Positions 1 through 5,516 of a DNA stretch of 5,637 nt are shown piece after piece. Below the pieces are notes generated by a model, which did no database searches, was not told the origin of the DNA, and worked only from the letters and a program-made list of their open reading frames with translations. Each line of letters opens with the position of its first letter. Positions within the stretch are counted from its first letter, which is position 1. This DNA comes from an uncultured archaeon (GTDB taxonomy: Archaea > Iainarchaeota > Iainarchaeia > Iainarchaeales > 0-14-0-20-30-16), in contig CAZMCX010000055.1 in the NCBI GenBank assembly GCA_964565125.1, forward strand, positions 1 to 5,637, given 5' to 3'. The position numbers and the translations under genes are program-made.

Positions 1-30
1 AAAGTAAAATTGTTTCAGGTTCTTTCAAAT

Positions 31-36
31 GAGGTG
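31..36 (+). promoter_or_regulatory. Shine-Dalgarno site for rrp4 (GAGGTG)
   Basis: It is complementary to the conserved archaeal 16S rRNA 3' end (..GAUCACCUCC..) and lies 6 nt upstream of ATG 43. The same GGTGA-type motif recurs at 648-653, 1351-1357, 2150-2155 and 3382-3388, each before a gene start. Confidence 0.6.
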
Positions 37-42
37 TTAATT

Positions 43-648
43 ATGAAAGAAATAATTTTTCCGGGCGATATTATTAACGAAAATCTTAAACCTGGCTTTG
101 GAACATACAAAAAAGATGGAAAAGTGTATTCCAAATATTTGGGGATTTTGTATAAAGATGAAGGAATAAAAGTAATACCAATAAATGGAAAATATATTCC
201 AAAAGAAAGTGACAATATAATTGGGATTGTTTTAGAAGAAGATAATTTTGTGTATTTGTTGGACATAAATAGCTATAAACAGGGAGTTTTATTTAAGAGG
301 GCAAATAATGCAAAATTATATGATGTTTATCTGATGAGGGTAAACAGCGTAAACGAAATTAGAGATGTTGAATTAGAAGTAATTAGTAAGTTAGCAAATG
401 GGGAAGCAGTAAAAGTAAATCCCAAAAAAGTTGCAAGGCTTATCGGAAAAAATAAATCTATGCAAACTTTGATAGAAACAAAAACAAACACAAAAATCAT
501 AATTGGATTAAATGGAATTGTTTATGTAATTGGAAATGATGTGGAAAAAATAAAAGAAATAATAAAATTTATTGAAGATTACAGCCATGAAGATAATTTG
601 ACTAATAAGGTAAGTGAAATTTTAGATAAAATGAATGTTAAAAAATAA
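43..648 (+). CDS. rrp4: Exosome complex RNA-binding cap subunit Rrp4 (N-terminal domain, S1 and KH)
   Basis: The N-terminus MKEIIFPGDII...GFGTY..DGKVYSKYLGIL....IKVIPINGKYIPKESDNIIGIV matches the typical archaeal Rrp4 N-terminal/S1 pattern (M.kiV.PGD.l....G.GtY...g.vya...G.......v.VipL.G.Y.P..GD.ViG.V). The C-terminal KH-like segment is VNPKKVARLIGKNKSMQTLIETKTNTKIIIGLNGIVYV. It sits directly upstream of rrp41 and rrp42. ATG at 43 is preferred over the track's TTG at 10 because GAGGTG (31-36) lies 6 nt upstream and homologs begin at this Met. Frame 1 stays open to the window edge, so a longer N-terminus cannot be strictly excluded. Confidence 0.85.
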   Translation: MKEIIFPGDIINENLKPGFGTYKKDGKVYSKYLGILYKDEGIKVIPINGKYIPKESDNIIGIVLEEDNFVYLLDINSYKQGVLFKRANNAKLYDVYLMRVNSVNEIRDVELEVISKLANGEAVKVNPKKVARLIGKNKSMQTLIETKTNTKIIIGLNGIVYVIGNDVEKIKEIIKFIEDYSHEDNLTNKVSEILDKMNVKK

Positions 649-658
649 GGGTGTATAT

Positions 659-1357
659 ATGGTGAAGAAGAGAGTTGATGGACGAGAAATGAATGAGTTA
701 AGACCAATAAAAATAACCCCGTCAGTAGTTGAAAGGGCAGATGGATCTGCATATTTGGAGTGGGGACAAAATAAAATGATTGTGGCGGTATATGGCCCCA
801 AAGAACTGCTTCCAAAGCATTTGGCAAATTCACAAAGAGGAAAAATAAATTTTATATACAGAATGGCGCCATTTTCGGTTCCCGAAAGAAAGAATCCAAA
901 GCCAGGAAGAAGGGATATAGAAATTTCAAAAGTTGTTGGAGAAGCATTATCTTACGCAGTTTTATTGGAAGAATTCCCAGGGATGGTAATAGATGTTTAT
1001 GTTCAAATATTGGATAGTAATGCTGGAACAAGAGTTGCGGCTTTAACTGCAGCCTCTGTTGCTTTGGCTGATGCAGGAATCCCAATGAAAGATTTAGTTA
1101 CTGCTGTAGCTGTAGGGAAAGCAAATGGAAATATAATTGCGGATTTAAATAAAAATGAAGAAGATGCGGATGATGCGGTAGATATGGCATTTGCAATGCT
1201 TCCCGGTAGTGAAGAAATTGTGTTGCTTCAGGCAGATGGAATCCTAAGTGAGGATGAATTTGACAAGGCAATAAAAATAGCAAAAGAAAAATGCCAAGAA
1301 GTAAGAAAACTACAAATTGAAGCTTTAAAGTCAAAATTTAAGGCTTTAAAGGGGTGA
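659..1357 (+). CDS. rrp41: Exosome complex exonuclease Rrp41 (RNase PH domain, catalytic subunit)
   Basis: RNase PH hallmarks are present: R.DGR...ELRPIKI, ADGSAYLEWGQNKMIVAVYGP, PGRRDIEISKVV, VQILDSNAGTRVAALTAASVALADAGIPMKDLV and EEDADDAVDMAFAM...IVLLQADG. These include the phosphate-binding Arg/GTR motifs and the acidic residues expected for an active subunit. ATG 659 is preceded by AGGGTG (648-653). The track's ATG 635 would overlap rrp4 by 14 nt and has no SD. Confidence 0.9.
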   Translation: MVKKRVDGREMNELRPIKITPSVVERADGSAYLEWGQNKMIVAVYGPKELLPKHLANSQRGKINFIYRMAPFSVPERKNPKPGRRDIEISKVVGEALSYAVLLEEFPGMVIDVYVQILDSNAGTRVAALTAASVALADAGIPMKDLVTAVAVGKANGNIIADLNKNEEDADDAVDMAFAMLPGSEEIVLLQADGILSEDEFDKAIKIAKEKCQEVRKLQIEALKSKFKALKG

Positions 1358-1362
1358 TAATT

Positions 1363-2148
1363 ATGATAGACTATTCTTATGATATAGAAATGGTAAAAGG
1401 AAGAATTGAAAAAGGAATTAGGACAAATAACCGAAAAGATGATGAATACAGAGAAATAAAGATAGAAACAGGAATATTGAAAAATGCTGCAGGATCAGCA
1501 AAGGTAACTTTAGGAAAAACAATGATCTATGCTGGAACTAAATTAGAAATAGGTACCCCTTACCCAGATACTCCTGAAGAGGGTGGAATCACTGTTGGTG
1601 TAGAATTGAGCCCAATTGGTGCACCAGAGTTTTATGCAGGCCCACCAAGCGAGACTTCAATTGAATTATCAAGAGTTGTAGATAGAGGCATAAGGGAAGC
1701 AAAAACAATAGATTTCAAGAAGCTTTTGCTTGTTCCTAAGGAAAAAGCATGGTTTGTATATGTAGATATTTATGTTATGAATCATGATGGTAATTTGTTT
1801 GATGCATGCCAAATGGCGGCAATGGCGGCCTTAAAAACCACAAAAATACCAAAAATAGATAAAGAATTTAACCAAATTAAAGGGGAATACTCTGGAAATC
1901 TGAAGCTAGAAAAATTACCTGTGCTGAACACATATTCAAAGATAAGTAATAAAATAATTTTGGATCCTGATTTAAATGAAGATTATGCCACGGAAGCAAG
2001 ATTGTCTATTGCAATAGATGATAATTTGAATATCTGTGCATTACAAAAAGGCGAAAAAGGATTCTTTACTCAAGATGAATTAAAAGAAATGATAAAAACT
2101 TCAAAGAAAAAATATAAAGAAATGAGAAAAATTTTCGAAAAGTTATAA
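1363..2148 (+). CDS. rrp42: Exosome complex subunit Rrp42 (RNase PH-like, non-catalytic)
   Basis: It has a second RNase PH-fold pattern: R.DGR-like NNRKDDEYREIKIETGILKNAAGSAKVTLGKTMIYAGTKLEIGTPYPDTPEEGGITV.VELSP, SRVVDRGIRE and VDIYVMNHDGNLFDACQMAAMAALKTTKIP. Position after rrp41 is canonical. ATG 1363 lies 6 nt after GGGGTGA (1351-1357), which contains the rrp41 TGA stop. The track's GTG 1354 is inside that SD. Confidence 0.9.
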   Translation: MIDYSYDIEMVKGRIEKGIRTNNRKDDEYREIKIETGILKNAAGSAKVTLGKTMIYAGTKLEIGTPYPDTPEEGGITVGVELSPIGAPEFYAGPPSETSIELSRVVDRGIREAKTIDFKKLLLVPKEKAWFVYVDIYVMNHDGNLFDACQMAAMAALKTTKIPKIDKEFNQIKGEYSGNLKLEKLPVLNTYSKISNKIILDPDLNEDYATEARLSIAIDDNLNICALQKGEKGFFTQDELKEMIKTSKKKYKEMRKIFEKL

Positions 2149-2159
2149 AAGGTGAAAAC

Positions 2160-2531
2160 ATGACAATATCATCTGGATTTGGATCAAAATATGGACGAAA
2201 GATAAGAAAAAAATATGACAATATTGCACAAATCTACAAATTCAAAAAATTGGTTTGTCCGTTCTGTGGAATGAAGAAAGTTACTAGAGAGGCGTCAGGA
2301 ATATACGAATGCCTGTACTGTAAAAAGAAATTTGCTGGCGGAGCATATGAAGTTGAAACAAGAATCGGAAAAACAATAAAAAGTTCAATGGCAAAGAAAA
2401 ATGTTAAGGAAATGGAACTGTTTATAGAAGAAGAAACAAAAGTAGAAGAGAAAGGCGAAAAAGTAGAAAAAGCAGATAAAGCAGACAAAAAAAAGAAAGG
2501 AAAAGAGAAAGTAAAAGAGAGTGAGCAATAA
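2160..2531 (+). CDS. rpl37ae: Large-subunit ribosomal protein L37Ae/eL43 (zinc ribbon) with an unusual ~43-aa Lys/Glu-rich C-terminal tail
   Basis: The core FGSKYGRKIRKKY....(x)..CPFCG.KKV.R.ASGIYEC..C.KKFAGGAYEVET matches the eL43 signature (G.RYG..iRk.....E.......CP.CG...vkR...GIW.C..C....AGGAY...T) and has four Cys. AGGTGA (2150-2155) is 4 nt upstream of the ATG. The position after rrp42 is canonical. Confidence 0.85.
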   Translation: MTISSGFGSKYGRKIRKKYDNIAQIYKFKKLVCPFCGMKKVTREASGIYECLYCKKKFAGGAYEVETRIGKTIKSSMAKKNVKEMELFIEEETKVEEKGEKVEKADKADKKKKGKEKVKESEQ

Positions 2532-2668
2532 TGGTTGTCTATAAATGCATAAGATGTGGTGCAGAATTTGAATCATTAATAGATGGCGAAGTAAGATGCC
2601 CGCAATGCGCCTTTAGAGTTATAGAGAAAAAGAGACAAAGATTTGCAAAGTCTGTAAAAGCAATATAA
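2531..2668 (+). CDS. rpoP: DNA-directed RNA polymerase subunit P (RpoP, Rpb12 homolog), 45 aa; not in the supplied ORF track
   Basis: Manual translation gives MVVYKCIRCGAEFESLIDGEVRCPQCAFRVIEKKRQRFAKSVKAI*. It has the CxxC...CxxC zinc ribbon, the YKC.RCG start, RCP.C..R[IV]..K.R and the C-terminal VKAI typical of archaeal RpoP. The ATG overlaps the rpl37ae stop (TAATG, 2529-2533). The position between L37Ae and Brix is canonical. Confidence 0.8.
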   Translation: MVVYKCIRCGAEFESLIDGEVRCPQCAFRVIEKKRQRFAKSVKAI

Positions 2669-2705
2669 CTCTCTTTTTATTTGCTATCACAGATTTAGGA
2701 TTTTT

Positions 2706-3176
2706 ATGATCAATCTGATTACAACTTCAAGAAAGCCCGGACGAAACCTACGGAAATTTGTCAGGCAGGTTTGTCCAATTTTTAACACAAAATATTTTGT
2801 TCGGGGAAAAACATCAGTAAAAGAACTTGCAGATTATTTGGAATATGAAGGCTATGACAAATTGATTGTTGTGTCAGAATTTAAAGGAAATCCTGGGTCA
2901 ATGATATTTTATACAAGTCAGAAAGGATTTTTTAAGCAAGAAAGAAAATATAAAATCACTTATTACAAACTTTCTGAAAAGAAAATGCAGTTCCCCAAAT
3001 ATGAAATAAACTTGGAAGATAAAGAAAACAAAGATTTTTTTAAGTATTTGGGAACAGAAAATGAAAAATCAGAAGCAAAGATTTTTGATGAAAAAGGAAT
3101 AATAAAAATAAAAAAAGGGAAAGATGTATATCTTAGTTTTGGGGTGTCCAGGAGCGTGGAAAAATGCCTGAAATGA
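2706..3176 (+). CDS. Brix domain protein (archaeal Imp4/Brix family, probable ribosome biogenesis factor)
   Basis: The N-terminal ITTSRKPGRNLRKFVRQV...VRGKTSVKEL......GYDKLIVVSEFKGNPGSMIFY matches the archaeal Brix pattern (iTTSR.PS.r.r.F.k.L......RGk..l.el.......g.....vv.E.kGnP..l.f). AGGA lies 5 nt upstream of the ATG. Confidence 0.8.
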   Translation: MINLITTSRKPGRNLRKFVRQVCPIFNTKYFVRGKTSVKELADYLEYEGYDKLIVVSEFKGNPGSMIFYTSQKGFFKQERKYKITYYKLSEKKMQFPKYEINLEDKENKDFFKYLGTENEKSEAKIFDEKGIIKIKKGKDVYLSFGVSRSVEKCLK

Positions 3177-3388
3177 GGATATTTATAATTGAGAATTTTA
3201 AAGATATATATAAAATAATAACTCAAGAGAAAGAGATTAATAGTAGGACAAAAACAGAATTCAACCTGAAAAAAGATGGACTAGAAATAGTAACAATTGC
3301 AAAAGATTATGTTGCTTTAAGGGCAAATATGAATTCTCTTTTGCAAAAGCTTGCATTAATAAATAATATTTATTCGGAGAAGAGGTGA
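3164..3388 (+). CDS. pcc1: KEOPS complex subunit Pcc1
   Basis: RTKTEFNLKKDGLEIVTIAKDYVALRANMNSLLQKLALINNIY aligns by eye with the archaeal Pcc1 core (....f.l.g..l.i.i.A.D..ALRa..NSyLRwi.....v). Its small size and its position between Brix and prefoldin beta are canonical. The start is ambiguous: ATG 3164 gives a 13-nt overlap with Brix, and ATG 3173 gives an ATGA stop/start overlap. Confidence 0.7.
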   Translation: MPEMRIFIIENFKDIYKIITQEKEINSRTKTEFNLKKDGLEIVTIAKDYVALRANMNSLLQKLALINNIYSEKR

Positions 3389-3392
3389 ATTT

Positions 3393-3737
3393 ATGGATCA
3401 AAGAGAGATAATGGAATTTAATAACTATAGTAACCAAATGAACATGCTTAATGCTCAGACTATGAATGTAAAAGGAATGATGGATAAAATAAAAGAAAAC
3501 ATAGACGAGTTAAATAAAAGCAAGGAAACACACGGTTATAAAAACTTAGGATTAGTTCTAATAAAGAAACCAAAAGCAGATTTAGTAAAAGAGTTGGAAG
3601 AGACCAAGAAATCCTTGGATTTAAGATTAAAAACTATTGATAAGCAAGAGAAGATTGTTTCAGCAAAATTAGAAGAACTTAAAACTAAGTTCGAGTTAGA
3701 ACAAAAGAAACAAGAAGAAAAGAAGGATAAGAAGTAA
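3393..3737 (+). CDS. pfdB: Prefoldin beta subunit
   Basis: It is a ~114-aa coiled-coil protein with the central beta-hairpin motif HGYKNLGLVLIKKPKADLVKELEETKKSLDLRLKTIDKQEKIVSAKLEEL (compare vYK.vG.lLvk..k.e...eL.ek.e.le.ri..lekqe..l...l.el). GAGGTGA (3382-3388, containing the pcc1 TGA stop) is 4 nt upstream of the ATG. Confidence 0.8.
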   Translation: MDQREIMEFNNYSNQMNMLNAQTMNVKGMMDKIKENIDELNKSKETHGYKNLGLVLIKKPKADLVKELEETKKSLDLRLKTIDKQEKIVSAKLEELKTKFELEQKKQEEKKDKK

Positions 3738-3763
3738 GGTATTTAATTCCTTACTCTATTTTT
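3733..3763 (+). terminator. Hairpin plus oligo-T, putative end of the superoperon transcript
   Basis: A 7-bp stem AGTAAGG (3733-3739) / CCTTACT (3749-3755) has a 9-nt loop, overlaps the pfdB TAA stop, and is followed by T5 (3759-3763). Archaeal termination mainly needs oligo-T tracts. This is the first break in the otherwise gap-free gene string. Confidence 0.35.
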
Positions 3764-3768
3764 ATATT

Positions 3769-4560
3769 ATGCCTAGAAAACAGCCACAAAAATTGAAACA
3801 AAAAAAACCATATGTTGCCCCCAAATGTGTAGAACTTAAAGGTGAAGATGTAAGTATCTGGCAAAGAGATCAATTGCGTATGGCGCAAGCACTTGATAGA
3901 ATGGAAATAGACCCCCCAGAAATGGTTAGAAGAATAAGGGCTCTTCTTGAGAAAAGGACAAAAAAATACCTTGGACAAAATGTAACTATTTTTGTAAAAA
4001 ATGTAACTCAAGAAGAACTTGATATAATTGCAAGATTAAGGAAAGCAGGAATACTTACAGAGATGCCTTTTGATTTTAAGTTAAAAACAGCAAACGATCG
4101 CGAGCGTGGACCTATGGGCTTTTTGAATGCAGGTAAATCTTTTGCAGAGGTGGCGATTACAGAAAAAAATAATACAAAAATAGAGGCAATGTTTATGTCT
4201 GTAGCAGACATTATAGGAAAGATGCATGCCCTGGGCATAGAACACGGGCATGTAACTACTGGTAATGTTCACCTGCATAAAGGGAGACTGTGTTTAACAG
4301 ATTTTTCAATGGCAGAACAAAAAGTAGTGGATTGGAATTCTATGCAAAGTATATATAATGCCTTTGTAAGAGATTATGCTACAAGAATATTACGGAGTAA
4401 AGGCGGGGCAAATATGGCGTTTTGTAAAGAATTTTTTAGACGGATAATTTCTTACTATCCAGCCCCGGAGACAGTTAAACAAAAGTTGATTGAAAAGCTT
4501 AATAGAGATTTACTAAATTATAGGTATTATGATATTAACCCTTATCACGGGCCTTGTTAA
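3769..4560 (+). CDS. Divergent Bud32/RIO-like small protein-kinase-fold protein with a His-substituted catalytic loop (possible KEOPS Bud32 variant or pseudokinase)
   Basis: It is a long ORF with non-low-complexity composition. MHALGIEHGHVTTGNVHL-HKGRLCLTDFSMAEQKVVDW resembles the Bud32 C-lobe (lH..giiHGDLTTSNiil..g.l..IDFGL.e....EdkaVDL). ELKGEDVSIW resembles the Bud32 RGAEA.iY glycine-loop region. TIFVK resembles the VAIK lysine strand, and EELDIIARLRKAGILTEMPF resembles the alphaC/REA.ll..a..aGV.vP region. No SD precedes ATG 3769, so the start is uncertain. Confidence here refers to the functional assignment; that this is a real CDS is about 0.8. Confidence 0.5.
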   Translation: MPRKQPQKLKQKKPYVAPKCVELKGEDVSIWQRDQLRMAQALDRMEIDPPEMVRRIRALLEKRTKKYLGQNVTIFVKNVTQEELDIIARLRKAGILTEMPFDFKLKTANDRERGPMGFLNAGKSFAEVAITEKNNTKIEAMFMSVADIIGKMHALGIEHGHVTTGNVHLHKGRLCLTDFSMAEQKVVDWNSMQSIYNAFVRDYATRILRSKGGANMAFCKEFFRRIISYYPAPETVKQKLIEKLNRDLLNYRYYDINPYHGPC

Positions 4561-4561
4561 C

Positions 4562-5302
4562 TTATATTTTTATTTCTGTTTTTTTACAGTTATCTAGAAT
4601 GATTAGAGTTGTATTCTTTAATTTCTCAGAAGATCTTTCTTTAAGTTTATCCATGTTTGTTTTTATCAGGGAAAATGTGTTATAGTGCATTGGAATTACA
4701 ACTTTTGGCTCTGTTTTTCTTGCAAAGGCAACAAACTCAAAAATGTCCATTGTGAAAACCCCCCCGCAGGGAAGGATGGCAATATCTACTTTTACATCTA
4801 TGTTTTGGTCGTAAGTGTCACCCGCAAAATAGATTTCTTTTTCGTGATATTTTAACAAAAAACCAACACTATATTGGGATTGTGGGTGCTGTGCTGGAAC
4901 TACTGTAACGTCAATGTTTGCAACTTTTATTTTGTCATCTATTTTTATAGTTCTTTTTTGTGAATTTTCTATGTCTAATTGATTTATTACTAATGATGGT
5001 GCAATAATTGGACAGTTATCTCTTTTTGCCAAAAACTCAACCGCATCTTTGTCAAAATGATCAAAATGTTCATGTGTAATAAAGATTGCGTCTAATTTTG
5101 GAATATTTTCTTTTGTTATTTCAAGTTTTTCTGTTGCCTCAAAATTTTCTGGGGCATTGCTTCCAAAGAATGGATCAAAAAGAATTGTTTTGTCAAAGAA
5201 GTTAATTAGAAAAAAACTATGCCAATATTTTGTGATGTAAATCTTATCTTGTGTGCATTCTTCTATTTTTTTAAACATTAACTTTTTTAGAAGTTGAACC
5301 AT
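4562..5302 (-). CDS. MBL-fold (metallo-beta-lactamase superfamily) metal-dependent hydrolase
   Basis: It carries the HxHxDH motif (FITHEHFDHFD) and, in correct order and spacing, the downstream His (VPAQHP), the bridging Asp (YFAGDT) and the terminal His (VIPMHYNTF). The N-terminal beta strand ...ITKYWHSFFLINFFDKTILFDPFFG resembles small UPF0173/YtkL-like hydrolases. The start could instead be the internal Met at 5278. Confidence 0.85.
   Translation of the reverse strand: MVQLLKKLMFKKIEECTQDKIYITKYWHSFFLINFFDKTILFDPFFGSNAPENFEATEKLEITKENIPKLDAIFITHEHFDHFDKDAVEFLAKRDNCPIIAPSLVINQLDIENSQKRTIKIDDKIKVANIDVTVVPAQHPQSQYSVGFLLKYHEKEIYFAGDTYDQNIDVKVDIAILPCGGVFTMDIFEFVAFARKTEPKVVIPMHYNTFSLIKTNMDKLKERSSEKLKNTTLIILDNCKKTEIKI
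4567..4585 (+). terminator. Oligo-T tracts (T5 at 4567-4571, T7 at 4579-4585) just downstream of the 3769-4560 ORF
   Basis: These are the first T-runs after the TAA stop at 4558-4560. They lie inside the 3' coding end of the convergent minus-strand gene, where they encode Lys. This is a typical archaeal intrinsic termination signal, but such tracts are also common by chance in AT-rich DNA. Confidence 0.3.
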
Positions 5303-5384
5303 AAAATCAGATCCTGTATTTTATGGTGCCTGTTTTGATTTTTGTAGTTATATAATAAATCATAAACTTGACCATAAAAATAAT

Positions 5385-5516
5385 AAGGGGGGATAGCTTT
5401 AAAAACAACTTTGTTAATGGTTGTCTTAGCTTAAATAACTTTCAAAGCTCTTTTTGCTCTAAATTCCTTCGAAAAAGGGCCCCCAAAGCACCCATTATCA
5501 AAAGGTAACTTTTTTA
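5385..5516 (+). ncRNA. Candidate small structured RNA of unknown class (speculative)
   Basis: A TATA-like TTATATAATAAA (5348-5359) lies ~25-35 nt upstream of a G6 run. The G6 (5387-5392)/C5 (5480-5484) closing helix encloses nested helices, and a T6 tract (5510-5515) could terminate transcription. There is no match to tRNA, C/D-box or other classes I can recognise, and the strand is uncertain. Confidence 0.2.

Noticed and set aside
10-42. The track proposes upstream alternative starts: TTG 10 for rrp4, ATG 635 for rrp41 and GTG 1354 for rrp42.
   Set aside because: Each downstream ATG (43, 659, 1363) has a GGTG-type SD at 5-6 nt and coincides with where homologous proteins begin. The upstream codons lie inside the SD or the preceding gene.
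2674-2705. T5 tracts in the rpoP-Brix spacer (2674-2678, 2701-2705) were considered as an internal terminator splitting the operon.
   Set aside because: The spacer is only 37 nt, with an AGGA SD for the Brix gene and no recognisable TATA/BRE. Such tracts are frequent by chance at this composition. At most it is a weak attenuator and cannot be supported from sequence alone.
3800-3807. A8 homopolymers in coding sequence (3800-3807 in the Bud32-like ORF and 2487-2494 in the rpl37ae tail) were considered as possible frameshift or phase-variation sites.
   Set aside because: Both reading frames continue uninterrupted through the runs. Poly-A runs encoding Lys are expected in this AT-rich genome, and no alternative-frame ORF of any length follows.
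15-4278. Ten minus-strand ORFs from the track lie inside the + strand genes: 15-266, 579-833, 852-1085, 1098-1334, 2234-2488, 2385-2576, 2963-3226, 3751-4011, 4008-4238 and 4081-4278.
   Set aside because: All lie antisense to genes with clear family signatures. Their translations are Phe/Leu/Ile/Ser-rich low-complexity strings, as expected from reading Lys/Glu-rich AT-rich coding sequence backwards. None has an SD or a recognisable motif.
5385-5484. The inverted G-strings flanking AT-rich DNA were considered as a replication origin (ORB elements plus DUE).
   Set aside because: The sequences next to the two G-strings are not recognisably the same motif in inverted orientation. No ORB or mini-ORB consensus is evident and no orc1/cdc6 gene lies in the window. 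It is kept only as a minor alternative in the corresponding finding.
5387-5485. A possible tRNA, perhaps intron-containing, was suggested by the G6...C5 ends and a TTCGAAA T-loop-like heptamer at 5468-5474.
   Set aside because: No 7-bp acceptor stem can be formed (only G5/C5). There is no D-arm. The TTCGAAA heptamer is not flanked by complementary 5-bp stems, since the actual pairing is TCCTT/AAGGG with a 5-nt loop. The stems are also far too AT-rich for an archaeal tRNA.
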